DNA of 64,000 nucleotides, taken from assembly GCA_964531335.1 (NCBI GenBank), contig CAZHEV010000004.1, forward strand, positions 26,958-90,957. The letters run 5' to 3'. Below the pieces are notes generated by a model. That model made no database searches. It saw only the letters and a list, made by a program, of their open reading frames with translations, and was not told the DNA's origin. Origin of the DNA: an uncultured bacterium (GTDB taxonomy: Bacteria > Eisenbacteria > RBG-16-71-46 > CAZHEV01). Made by a program: the position numbers and the translations under genes. Below are positions 37,892 through 50,357 of the stretch, one piece after another. Positions within the stretch are counted from its first letter, which is position 1, and each line of letters starts with the position of its first letter.

Positions 37892-38167
37892 GAGGCTCCG
37901 AGAGGGCGGCAAGAAAGCGATGGAAAGCCTTTGTGCGGCAGAGAGCGGAGCTTGTAGAGGTACCCCGATCTGCTGAAAGAACCCCGGTGCCATACTCCCG
38001 TGTCCTGCTCGAGAGACTGCGGCCTTTCGCGGTCGGAGAGCATCCCTCAAGAGAGACCTCCCCTGATCGATTACATTAGAGACGAAGTATATGAAGTACT
38101 CTGGTCTGAGGGACCGCGCGGGAATGCGCGACCGATTCGCTGAAGGGAGCGGAGCGAGAATCCGGAG

Positions 38168-39148
38168 ATGGCCGCAGAGAAGACCGTAACAGAGAGAATA
38201 TCGATCCCCGACATAGACCCGGTGCTGCTCCTCGGATTCGGCGACCAGAACCTCAGGCTCTTGGAGGAACGGCTTTCGGCCCGGCTCCACGTAAGGGACA
38301 GCGTCGTGACGATAAAAGGGGCCAGGGCGGAAGTCGGCGTTGCAGTGAAAGTGCTTGATAGGCTTGCGGTTATAGCCGGCAGGGGCCGCGCGGTGGACGA
38401 GAACGACGTCCTCTTCGCCATAGCGGAGGCGGCCGGCGGCGTCGAAGGGACAGAATCCGAGGGCCTCGACAAAGGATCGATCAGGGTAGAGAAGGGGGTA
38501 ATCCGGCCGAAATCAGTCGGGCAGGCCAAGTATGTGGAGGCGATAAGACGGTACGACCTGGTCTTCGCCATCGGGCCGGCCGGCACCGGCAAGACCTACC
38601 TCGCCGTGGCGAAAGCGGTTGAGGCCCTGAAGGCGCGGGCCGTGGAGCGGATCCTCCTCGTAAGGCCCGCCGTTGAGGCAGGCGAGAGCCTGGGCTTTCT
38701 CCCGGGGGACTACCAGGAGAAGATCGACCCTTACCTAAGGCCTCTGTACGACTCCCTGCGCGACATGATGAGCTACGACAGGATCAGAAGGTTCCTCGAA
38801 CTCGGGGTTCTGGAGGTCGCGCCGCTCGCCTACATGAGGGGGCGGACCCTGAGCCGGGCGTATGTCATCCTGGACGAGGCGCAGAACACGACTGTCGGGC
38901 AGATGAAGATGTTTCTGACCCGCCTGGGTCTGAACTCGAAGGCCGTGGTGACGGGGGACGTGACTCAGATAGACCTGCCGGTGTCCGAGACCTCGGGGCT
39001 GGTACAGGCCAGAACGATACTGGACGGGATAGAAGGCATAAAGTTCTGTAGCTTCACGGAGGCCGACGTAGTAAGGCACAGGCTGGTGAAAGATATAATC
39101 AAGGCCTTCGACGCGCACGTGCGTAAGAACGCCAAACGCGGCAAGTGA
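38168..39148 (+). CDS. phoH: PhoH-family ATPase (YbeZ)
   Basis: GPAGTGKT, RPAVEAGESLGFLPGD, AYMRGRTL, DEAQN. Confidence 0.95.
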   Translation: MAAEKTVTERISIPDIDPVLLLGFGDQNLRLLEERLSARLHVRDSVVTIKGARAEVGVAVKVLDRLAVIAGRGRAVDENDVLFAIAEAAGGVEGTESEGLDKGSIRVEKGVIRPKSVGQAKYVEAIRRYDLVFAIGPAGTGKTYLAVAKAVEALKARAVERILLVRPAVEAGESLGFLPGDYQEKIDPYLRPLYDSLRDMMSYDRIRRFLELGVLEVAPLAYMRGRTLSRAYVILDEAQNTTVGQMKMFLTRLGLNSKAVVTGDVTQIDLPVSETSGLVQARTILDGIEGIKFCSFTEADVVRHRLVKDIIKAFDAHVRKNAKRGK

Positions 39149-39194
39149 GATCCACGCCCGGCCCGGGGGCGCGGGCGGAGATCAGAGGAGCGGC

Positions 39195-41498
39195 GTGAAC
39201 GATAAGAAGAAAGAGAAGAACAGCCGGAAGATAGTAAACCTGAGGGTCCGGCGCTTGAAACAAGACTCTCCCAATGGAGTCCCGCAGCCGGCAGGCAAAC
39301 CGTTTGTGGCCCGGCTGGCCGCCGTATGGAGGCGGTGGGGCAGGAAGAGCCTGATGGCGGCCTCCGTCGTCGCCGCCGCGTGCTTCCTCTTTCCGTCGGC
39401 CGCCTACTTTCAGGCCGAGGAGTTCCAGGTCGGCGCGATCGCCAAGCGCGACGTGGTGGCCCCGGTCAGCTTCCAGGTGTTCAAGGACAGGGGGCGGCTG
39501 GAGAAGGAGAGGGACCGCGAGGCCGTCAAGGTGGCGCCCGTCTTCGTGTTCGACGAGGCGGCCGTTGACAGGAGCCGAAGAAGCTTCAGGGCCTTTGTCG
39601 AGCGCCTTCAAACCGCCGCGGAGAACGACTCCCTCACCAGCATCGAGCGCACGGCCATGCTGAGCGAGATCGGCGAGCAAGTGTCTCCTCTCGCCGTCCT
39701 GACCCTCGCCGACGACCGTATGGGCGCGGACCTGCGCGAGAAGATAGAGAGCTTCATGGACTCCCTGCTCGCCGCGGGGGTGATGGCCGAGAAGACCAGC
39801 GAAGACCTCGGCGCAAGCCAGATGGTCACGATCGTGCGCGGGAAGACGGAGTTCAACCGCCGGCTCAACGAGGTCTATGACAGCTGGGACGTGAAGCAGG
39901 CGGCCAGGAGGAAGGCCGAGGAGCTGTTCGGAGACGACAGGGACCGCAAGCGCGCCTTCGTGGAGGCGGTCACGACGTTCGTGACGCCCAACCTTCGTTA
40001 CGATGCCGGGGAGACAGAGGCACGCAGGGCCCAGGCGAGAGAGAGCGTATCGGAGTTCCAGGGCACCGTGCTCAAGGACGAGCTGATACTCCGAAAGCAC
40101 GAGAGGATAACGCACGAGCACGCGCGCAAGCTGGAATCGCTCGCCTACAGGCAGAGACAGCAATTGCAGGCCGAGGGCATCTGGCAGAAGCTGCATCCCA
40201 TAGCCGGAAGGCTCGTGTTGAGCGCTTTGCTGCTGGCCATCTTCGCGTCCTATCTGAAAATGCACAGGCCCGACATCTACAAGGACCACAGGGCCCTGTC
40301 CGTCGTCACGGCGTCGACGCTCCTGGTCCTCGCGCTCGCCTCGGTGGTCGTCAACTTCACGGAGGCGTCGCCGTTCGTCATCCCCGTGGCCGTGGCGCCT
40401 ATACTCGTGACCCTCCTGCTGGACGACAGGGTGGCCATACTCATGACCATGTTGTTGAGCGTCATGGTCGGGACGGTGGCCAGTCCGGCGCTGCCGTTCA
40501 TAGTGGCCTCGATGGTCGCCGGGATAGCCGGTGTGTACACGGCGGTGCGCATCAGAAGGCGCAGCCAGTTCTACAGGGCGCTTCTTTTCGTGTTCCTCGG
40601 CTACGTGGCCTCCCTTTCGGCGATAAATCTGATGAGGGGCGTTCCGCTGCCTGACATGGCGGCCGACGCGGGTTGGGCGGCCCTAAACGCCACGCTGGCC
40701 ACCATGATCACGGTGATAGTGCTGCCCGTCTTCGAGATGTTCTCGGGCATCAGCACGGACATCACTTTGCTGGAGCTCTCGGACCTGAACCGCCCTCTGC
40801 TCAAGCGCATGATGCTCGAGGCGCCGGGGACGTATCACCACAGCATGATAGTGGGCCAGCTCGCGGAGGCGGGGGCGGAGGCCATGGGAGCCAACGCGCT
40901 CCTGGCCAGGGTCGGCGCCTACTATCACGACATAGGTAAGCTGGCAAAGCCGCAGTACTTCAGCGAGAACGATCCGGCAAGCAAGGGCCGGCATGACAGG
41001 CTCACTCCTACGATGAGTTGTCTGATACTCGGAAGCCATGTCAAGGACGGGCTGGACCTGGGCAGGGAGGAAAAGCTGCCCAAGGCGATACTCGATTTCG
41101 TCAAGGAGCATCACGGCAACACTCTGATGGCGTTTTTCTATCACAAGGCGCTCGAGATGGATCCCAGCATCCAGGAGCAGGACTATCGCTACCCCGGGCC
41201 TTCGCCGAGATCGAAAGAGACCGCCATCGTAATGCTCGCGGACGCTTCGGAGGCGGCCTCGCGCTCATTGGCCGAGCCGAGCCCGAGTCGCCTGCGGAGC
41301 CTCGTCAAGAGAATAATCGACAGCAGGGCGAACGAGGGTCAGTTGGATCAGTGCCAGCTTACGCTGAGGGAGATCGCTTTGATAAAGGAGAGCTTCGTCA
41401 AGGTTCTCGTGGCGGTCTTCCACGGCAGGGTCCCCTATCCCGCGCTGCCGGCCAAGAAGACCTACAGTGAGAGTCACATTCGGAAATCCTCAGAGTAA
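39195..41498 (+). CDS. 7TM-HD/HDIG phosphohydrolase (PgpH-like c-di-AMP phosphodiesterase)
   Basis: Extracellular 7TMR-HDED region, 7 TMs, APGTYHHS, YYHDIGK, HHG, YRYPGP.P, MLAD. Confidence 0.88.
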   Translation: MNDKKKEKNSRKIVNLRVRRLKQDSPNGVPQPAGKPFVARLAAVWRRWGRKSLMAASVVAAACFLFPSAAYFQAEEFQVGAIAKRDVVAPVSFQVFKDRGRLEKERDREAVKVAPVFVFDEAAVDRSRRSFRAFVERLQTAAENDSLTSIERTAMLSEIGEQVSPLAVLTLADDRMGADLREKIESFMDSLLAAGVMAEKTSEDLGASQMVTIVRGKTEFNRRLNEVYDSWDVKQAARRKAEELFGDDRDRKRAFVEAVTTFVTPNLRYDAGETEARRAQARESVSEFQGTVLKDELILRKHERITHEHARKLESLAYRQRQQLQAEGIWQKLHPIAGRLVLSALLLAIFASYLKMHRPDIYKDHRALSVVTASTLLVLALASVVVNFTEASPFVIPVAVAPILVTLLLDDRVAILMTMLLSVMVGTVASPALPFIVASMVAGIAGVYTAVRIRRRSQFYRALLFVFLGYVASLSAINLMRGVPLPDMAADAGWAALNATLATMITVIVLPVFEMFSGISTDITLLELSDLNRPLLKRMMLEAPGTYHHSMIVGQLAEAGAEAMGANALLARVGAYYHDIGKLAKPQYFSENDPASKGRHDRLTPTMSCLILGSHVKDGLDLGREEKLPKAILDFVKEHHGNTLMAFFYHKALEMDPSIQEQDYRYPGPSPRSKETAIVMLADASEAASRSLAEPSPSRLRSLVKRIIDSRANEGQLDQCQLTLREIALIKESFVKVLVAVFHGRVPYPALPAKKTYSESHIRKSSE

Positions 41499-41958
41499 GA
41501 TAGAGATCCGCAGGGCTCACGTCAGAAGGCTCGTCTCAGCGCTCGCACGCGCCGAGAAGATGAGGGGCGGGGAGGTGTCCCTCGTGTTCGTAAACGATTC
41601 CTACATCCGGGATCTGAACGCCAGGTATCGTGGAACGAGGAGGGCGACCGACGTGCTCGCCTTCCCGCTGGCCGACGAGGGCGTCGGCGGCGGAGGTCCG
41701 GACGAGGTTGGGGAAGGCCGGGATCTGCTGGGCGAGGTCTACATAAGCACCGACAGGGCGGTCGAGCAGGCGAGACGGCATCATGTGGCTCTCAGCCGGG
41801 AGGTCGCCCGTCTCGTCGTACACGGCCTGCTGCATCTGTTCGGCTACGAGGACGACACGCGGTCGTCGCGCAGGGAGATGATACGGCGCCAGGAGGCTTT
41901 CTTGCGCGAACACCGCGACGTGGCGTCACAAGTGGCCGGACGGCCGCCGCGCCGTTGA
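41467..41958 (+). CDS. ybeY: rRNA maturation endoribonuclease YbeY
   Basis: LN.RYRG..ATDVLAF, HGLLHLFGY (third His replaced by E). Confidence 0.88.
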   Translation: MRVTFGNPQSKIEIRRAHVRRLVSALARAEKMRGGEVSLVFVNDSYIRDLNARYRGTRRATDVLAFPLADEGVGGGGPDEVGEGRDLLGEVYISTDRAVEQARRHHVALSREVARLVVHGLLHLFGYEDDTRSSRREMIRRQEAFLREHRDVASQVAGRPPRR

Positions 41959-41964
41959 GGTACC

Positions 41965-43011
41965 TTGGATCCTTCGGATAACAGCGACTCGATAATCGCG
42001 ATTGCCGCGACGACCGCCTTTCTGGCGGTCGCGGACTGGACACTGTCATACTTCTGCGTGAGGTCGGGCGGACGCGGTCCCGCGTGCTGGATTCCGCTGA
42101 GGGCCGGGGTCAGGGCCGGCGAGGCGGGCGGCCTCTTCGGCCTTCTCGCCGCATCCGGGCTGGCGTTCCCCCTGTCCGCCGTTCTCGCCGCGGGCATCTA
42201 CGCGGCGCTCACACTTCTGTTCGGGGATAGGCTCGCTGCGCGGCTTGCCGCGCCGGGCGCGCCGGGTCCGCGTCCCGGCGCGCCGGAGAGAGCCGCGTGC
42301 GAGGATCAGTCCGCGGCGGGGCTCTCCGTCGTCGTCTCCAGGGCGGAGCGGCTGAGGGACATCCCGGTCTCCAGCCTCATGGTCCCCAGGAAATCCATAA
42401 CCGGCTGTGATGCCTCGACGAGCGTCGAAGAGGTCGCGGCCATCATGCGCCGGACGGGTTTCTCCCGAATCATCGCATTCAGCAAGACGCTGGACAGGCC
42501 TCTGGGATTGGCCCATATCAAGGACATGCTTCCTCTGATGTACGGCGGCAGGGCGCGCGAGCGCATAGAGCCTCTTCTCAGGCCTCTTGTCCTCATCCCC
42601 TCCAATAAGAGGGCGCTTGACCTGCTCCGCGACTTCCAGCGCCTGAAGAGAAGGGTGGGCATAGTGAGGGATCTCCAGGGAGAGAGGACGCTGGGACTCG
42701 TGAGCACGGAGGACATACTGGAAGAGATGGTGGGTGAGATTCAAGACGAGAGGGAGCTGCTCTCCGCCGCCCTCGAGTCCGGGGTGGCCCTGGTCAGGGG
42801 GGACCTCGAGGTTGGGGAGCTGATCGAAGGCCTCGGGCTTTCGCCGTCTCCGGAAAGGGCGGACCTGAGTCTCAGCGAGTTCGTGAAGTCATTGCTCGGA
42901 AGAGATCCCGACAAGGGAGACGTGGTCCATTTCAGGGGACTTCGCATGGAGGTCGAGGAGACGGTCAACGGAGACGTATGGATGGTTAGAATAGAGAGAG
43001 GCGAGACATGA
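41965..43011 (+). CDS. CBS + CorC_HlyC domain protein with a shortened TM region
   Basis: LMVPR, GFSRI, HIKD, EDILEEMVGEIQDE. Confidence 0.7.
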   Translation: MDPSDNSDSIIAIAATTAFLAVADWTLSYFCVRSGGRGPACWIPLRAGVRAGEAGGLFGLLAASGLAFPLSAVLAAGIYAALTLLFGDRLAARLAAPGAPGPRPGAPERAACEDQSAAGLSVVVSRAERLRDIPVSSLMVPRKSITGCDASTSVEEVAAIMRRTGFSRIIAFSKTLDRPLGLAHIKDMLPLMYGGRARERIEPLLRPLVLIPSNKRALDLLRDFQRLKRRVGIVRDLQGERTLGLVSTEDILEEMVGEIQDERELLSAALESGVALVRGDLEVGELIEGLGLSPSPERADLSLSEFVKSLLGRDPDKGDVVHFRGLRMEVEETVNGDVWMVRIERGET

Positions 43012-44036
43012 CCGCGCAGGCCCTCTATGTTATATCCCTCATAGCCTTGGCGCTGGCCTTGCCCGTCCTGACCGGGCGGGGCGCGCGACGGGCGATCATG
43101 CCCGCGTGGGCGACGATTGCGGTGGCCGTCATGGGTTTGGTCGGCTACAATTGCCGCTGGGTCCACTTGGAGTCTCCGGCAACGTATCCTCTGGGGATAG
43201 CGGTCATTGCCGGATTCATCGTCTGGGCCGGCTTGAGGTTGGATCTCCCGCGCGGAGCTCGGCGACCGCGAACGGGGCCGGGGGGCTCCGCGGGAGCCGC
43301 TTCGGGCGCGGCGGCCGGCGGCGCCTTTGCCCTTCCCGTGGCGTCGCCCGGGTTCGGCGACGTGAGCTTGCGCGAGGTCATGACTCCGAAGGCGATGATC
43401 GCGGGAGTTGCCCGTGATGCGACGGCCCGCGATGCCGTCGAGGTTGCCGGCTCGTCAGGTCACTCCAGGCTGGTCGTCTACGACGGAGACCTGGATCACG
43501 TCGTGGGCACGGTGAACATACACGACTTCCTGGAATCTTACGGGCGAACGGAGGGGATCCGGCGGCTTATCCGGCCGGCGATGTTCGCGCCGGAGTCGAA
43601 GAAGTGCTTCGGAATGCTCGAGTGGTTCCTCAGGGAGAGAGAGCAGTTCGCGTTGGTCCTCGACGAGTTCGGAGGTACCGCGGGAGTGGTGACCGTGGAG
43701 GACCTGCTCGACGAGCTCGTCGGCGAGATGGCGGACGAGCACGAGAGGGAGGAGGCGCCGGTCCGGCGCATGCCCGACGGCAGCTACCTGGTGCCGGGGC
43801 ACATGAAGGTGGATGAGATAAACGAAAAGCTCGGCCTGGAGATCCCCGAGGGCGACTACGAGACCGTGTCGGGGTACGTGCTGGACAGGTTGGGCAGAGT
43901 TCCCGCCAGGGGGGAACGTCTTTCCGTCGGGAAAGCCGCCCTGGAGATCGCCGTCTCCACGGTCAGGCGCATCGTTACGATCAAGGTTGTGACGGACCGC
44001 GAAGGCGGCGACGACGCATCGCCCCAGGGGGACTAG
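43008..44036 (+). CDS. Hemolysin/CorC-family CBS protein with a shortened TM region
   Basis: REVMTP, GHSRLVV, DEFGGTAGVVTVEDLLDELVGE, DYETVSG. Confidence 0.8.
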   Translation: MTAQALYVISLIALALALPVLTGRGARRAIMPAWATIAVAVMGLVGYNCRWVHLESPATYPLGIAVIAGFIVWAGLRLDLPRGARRPRTGPGGSAGAASGAAAGGAFALPVASPGFGDVSLREVMTPKAMIAGVARDATARDAVEVAGSSGHSRLVVYDGDLDHVVGTVNIHDFLESYGRTEGIRRLIRPAMFAPESKKCFGMLEWFLREREQFALVLDEFGGTAGVVTVEDLLDELVGEMADEHEREEAPVRRMPDGSYLVPGHMKVDEINEKLGLEIPEGDYETVSGYVLDRLGRVPARGERLSVGKAALEIAVSTVRRIVTIKVVTDREGGDDASPQGD

Positions 44037-44067
44037 AAGCGAATCCAAGCCGAGATCGGGGGAAGTC

Positions 44068-44706
44068 TTGAAGACCGTTCTTTTCTGGCTGCGAAGGTAC
44101 CTCTTGACGGGCGTTGCGGTGCTCGCCCCCACGATAATCACTCTGTGGGTGTTCTATAAGTTCTTCGTGGCGGTCGACGGAGTCCTCGGCAAGTACATTA
44201 CCCTGTTCGGGCGGCCCGTCCCCGGCCTGGGATTCATCGCCGTCGTGCTGATAACCGTACTTGTCGGCGCGTTCGCGAGGAACATCCTGGGAAGGACCCT
44301 GCTGAGCATTTGGGAGGCGATCCTCTCCAGGATCCCGCTGGTCAACAAGGTCTACATGACCGTCAAGCAGATCGGGGAGGGGGTCCTGACCGACAGGGCG
44401 GCGCTCTTCAAGAGCGCGGTGCTCGTGGAATGGCCGCGCAAGGGCCTGTTCGCCCTGGCCTTCGTGACCCACACGCCGGGGGGGGAGCTCGAGGAGAAAG
44501 TCGGCACCAGGGTGCACACCATCTTTCTGCCCACTACTCCGAACCCTACGTCGGGTTTCTTCCTCATAGTGCCCGAGAGGGAGATCATACACCTTTCGAT
44601 CAGCGTGGAGGACGCGATAAGGCTGGTTATCTCGAGCGGAATCGTGGGGCCCAAGAGCGTGGCGCGCACGGAAGCTCCACCGGTGGTGGTGGAGGAGAAG
44701 AAATAG
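44068..44706 (+). CDS. DUF502 membrane protein
   Basis: RIPLVNKVY..VKQI, FLPTTPNPTSGF, VISSG. Confidence 0.88.
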   Translation: MKTVLFWLRRYLLTGVAVLAPTIITLWVFYKFFVAVDGVLGKYITLFGRPVPGLGFIAVVLITVLVGAFARNILGRTLLSIWEAILSRIPLVNKVYMTVKQIGEGVLTDRAALFKSAVLVEWPRKGLFALAFVTHTPGGELEEKVGTRVHTIFLPTTPNPTSGFFLIVPEREIIHLSISVEDAIRLVISSGIVGPKSVARTEAPPVVVEEKK

Positions 44707-44718
44707 AGGTTCAGGCAG

Positions 44719-45480
44719 ATGGCCTTGGCCAAGACCGACGGCGCGATCATAAGATGTCTGAAGTTCAGGGAGACCAGTCTCATAGTAACTTTTTACACGA
44801 GGGACTTCGGCCTCCTCAAGACGGTGGCCAAGGGCGCGAGAGGTCCGAAGAGCGGGTTTCGATCCAGCCTCGACCTCTTCGCTTACGGTCAGCTCGTGGT
44901 CTATGTAAAGAACGACAGGGACCTGCAGCTTCTGTCGGACTTCGACGCCGCGAGGTCCTTCCCCGGGGTGCAGATGGACGTCGGCCGGTTCGCTTACGCC
45001 GGGGCCGCCGGCGAGCTGGTCGAGGTTCTGGTGGCCGGGCAGGAGCCCACCCCGGAGCTGCTGGACTTGCTGATCGATTTTCTGGGGGCCCTCGAGAGCG
45101 CGCCGCGAGACGCGAACGCCGCGCTCTTCAGGTCTTACCAGTTGAAGACGTGCTCGATTCTGGGTTACCGTCCGGAGCTCGACGGCTGCGTCGTCTGCGG
45201 GCGACGGGATCGCCCCAAGAAGTTCTCACCGCGGCTGGGAGGAGTTGTCTGTCCGCCGTGCGCCGCCGACTCCTTCGATGCGGCAAGGCTGTCGGACCGG
45301 GGGCTCGAGGTCTTGAGGGCGTTGAGCCGGCTGCCGCTGGGCGAGGTGGTCTCGTGGTTTTTGGGGGCGGCGGATGTGGAGAGGGAGGCGGGTCCCCTGC
45401 TTGACGCCTTCCTCCAGTACCACGTGGACAGGTACAAGGGCTTGAAGTCGATCCAGTTTCTGCGAAAGCTGACAGCGTAG
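44719..45480 (+). CDS. recO: DNA repair protein RecO
   Basis: [25 protein letters not shown]...GGVVCPPC zinc motif. Confidence 0.92.
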   Translation: MALAKTDGAIIRCLKFRETSLIVTFYTRDFGLLKTVAKGARGPKSGFRSSLDLFAYGQLVVYVKNDRDLQLLSDFDAARSFPGVQMDVGRFAYAGAAGELVEVLVAGQEPTPELLDLLIDFLGALESAPRDANAALFRSYQLKTCSILGYRPELDGCVVCGRRDRPKKFSPRLGGVVCPPCAADSFDAARLSDRGLEVLRALSRLPLGEVVSWFLGAADVEREAGPLLDAFLQYHVDRYKGLKSIQFLRKLTA

Positions 45481-45517
45481 CCATGCATTGCCGGCCCGCC
45501 GGCGAGAGGTGGATAAA

Positions 45518-48598
<3,081 letters not shown>

Positions 48599-48674
48599 GA
48601 CGCCGCCCGGCCTCGGGAATGGGCGAGACAGCCGGCTTCGATGTCGATCCCACTTGAAGCGCCACATGTCCTGA

Positions 48675-48721
48675 GGGCAACATGTTGTATGGGGAGGGAT
48701 GCTGCCCACGATATGTCGTGT
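48675..48721. promoter_or_regulatory. Tandem NrdR-box-like palindromes, 31 bp apart
   Basis: GGGCAACATGTTGTAT and CCACGATATGTCGTGT compared with consensus acaCwAtATaTwGtgt. Confidence 0.45.
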
Positions 48722-48748
48722 TGCAGCTTAGGTTTGCGCGATTTTCCC

Positions 48749-48777
48749 TTGACAGGACTTGAAGGTCTTCCTAGTTT
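48749..48777 (+). promoter_or_regulatory. sigma70 promoter TTGACA-N17-TAGTTT upstream of the Tad operon
   Basis: Hexamers at 48749-48754 and 48772-48777. Confidence 0.6.
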
Positions 48778-49153
48778 GTACTCTCGCTGGATAGCTTGCG
48801 GCATGGTAGTATTAGAGCAATATGATCTTCCAGGTGTGCCGTGGGGGATCCGCGCCTGTCCTCCACGCGCTGCGGTATTACACTAGTCGAAAGGGTGAGA
48901 TAGCCCAAACGGAGCTGTGCGCGTAGGGCCTCGGCGTTTGCGCCTCGCCGCGGTATCGGCTCAACTCGTTGCCTGGCAACGCACGAGATGACAGGTCGAG
49001 GCTGGCGCGGCGCTTGCTTATGCGTTACCAGCGAAGGACCGGGCCCGAACTATGGTCCTTGGCGCTCCCGTCCGGCACGGCAGGCGGGACCGGAGCAGAT
49101 GTTTCATGTGTTGGGAGTAGTTGGCACAATTCCAGCGAGGGAGGAGTGTAACG

Positions 49154-49333
49154 ATGAAGAGGTTCCTGTCAAAGATGAGGGGCCTAGCAGTCGAGGAAGA
49201 GGGCCAGGACATGATCGAGTACGCCCTTCTGGGTGCGTTCATAGCGATCGTGGCCGTCGCAGTCCTCATCCTCATCGGCCCCGAGATCGAGAGAGTCTAC
49301 AACAAGATCCTCACCGAGTTGCAGAAGGCCTAG
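49154..49333 (+). CDS. flp: Flp/Fap type IVc pilin 1
   Basis: SD GAGGAG; EEEG|QDMIEYALL prepilin motif, hydrophobic helix; 59 aa. Confidence 0.92.
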   Translation: MKRFLSKMRGLAVEEEGQDMIEYALLGAFIAIVAVAVLILIGPEIERVYNKILTELQKA

Positions 49334-49445
49334 ACGAGCTAGCTTGGCGTTTCAGCATGCTGCGCGCGGGGATCCAAGCCTGCCGGACCCCGCCGCAGGA
49401 CGCTGACGCGCCGCGGCCGAAAGATGTAGAGGCCGAGAGGGCCCC

Positions 49446-49625
49446 ATGAAACTACCAATCGATCCCTTTGGGGGTCTTGTCAGGAATGAAGACGGCCAGG
49501 ACATGATAGAGTACGCTCTCCTGGCCGCGTTTGTAGCGCTGGCGGCGGCCGCCATACTGGTCGTGCTAGGGCCGGCGGTGGCGGGTATCTACCAGCGATT
49601 GCTCGGCTTTCTACAGAAAGCGTAG
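49446..49625 (+). CDS. flp: Flp/Fap type IVc pilin 2 (absent from the ORF track)
   Basis: MKLPIDPFGGLVRNEDG|QDMIEYALLAAFVALAAAAILVVLGPAVAGIYQRLLGFLQKA; SD GAGGG. Confidence 0.88.
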   Translation: MKLPIDPFGGLVRNEDGQDMIEYALLAAFVALAAAAILVVLGPAVAGIYQRLLGFLQKA

Positions 49626-49704
49626 AGCTTCCACGGGCGGGCCGGAGCCCCCTCAGAGCCGGCCCCCGGCAGTGGCCCCTTCACTCTGAAACGGAGACGG
49701 CACG

Positions 49705-50250
49705 GTGTCACCAGAGCTTTTTCCGGCCGGGGTTTCGGTGATTGCGCAGGCCATTGCCGTGGCTACAGTGGTTGCCTGCGCCGCCTTCGACTGGCGCTCG
49801 CGCAGGATCCCGAACTTCGTGACGGTTCCCGCGTTGGGTGCCGGACTGCTATTATATGGACTGGCCGGAGGATGGGCGGGTCTCGCCTTCTCGGCAAAGG
49901 GTCTGGCCCTCGGTGCGGGCCTTTTCTTTATCCCCTACTTCCTTGGAGGAATGGGCGCCGGCGACGTGAAGCTCATGGGAGCGGTGGGGGCTCTCCTGGG
50001 CTGGCAGATAACGCTGGCCGCCCTGTTCTATACGGCGCTTTCCGGGGGAATCATGGCCGCCATCGTAATGCTGAGAAGGAAGATGGTCGGCGCGACGTTC
50101 GCCGGAATGGGAGCGATGTTTCAGATTCTTTTCGCAAGCATGAGGTTACCGTCTGCCGATAGTATTGAAGGAAAGGGCCTTACAATACCGTATGCATTGC
50201 CGATAGCCGTGGGAACCGCGGCGGCTCTGATAGTGAAGTGGCCGCCTTGA
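49705..50250 (+). CDS. cpaA: Prepilin peptidase CpaA/TadV (A24)
   Basis: FDWRSRRIPN, GGMGAGDVKL, IPYALPI. Confidence 0.9.
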   Translation: MSPELFPAGVSVIAQAIAVATVVACAAFDWRSRRIPNFVTVPALGAGLLLYGLAGGWAGLAFSAKGLALGAGLFFIPYFLGGMGAGDVKLMGAVGALLGWQITLAALFYTALSGGIMAAIVMLRRKMVGATFAGMGAMFQILFASMRLPSADSIEGKGLTIPYALPIAVGTAAALIVKWPP

Positions 50251-50357
50251 ACCGATTGCGCTCGCGGGCGGCCGCGGGCGAAAGCTGCATTGTGAGCCCA
50301 TGCCCGGGTCCGGACGCGGGATCCGCGGGAGGGGGCTCGAGAAAGGAATGATGGCCA

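Noticed and set aside
37911-38050. T-box or lysine riboswitch
   Set aside because: AGAGAG and GCTGAAAG, and ACTG..GGAGAGC, are present, but the TGGNACC antiterminator bulge and the lysine core motifs are missing
49122-49136. Sigma54 promoter TGGCAC-N5-CAGC before flp1
   Set aside because: GG-N10-GC spacing fits, but TTGC is absent and the predicted TSS (~49148) would fall downstream of the SD
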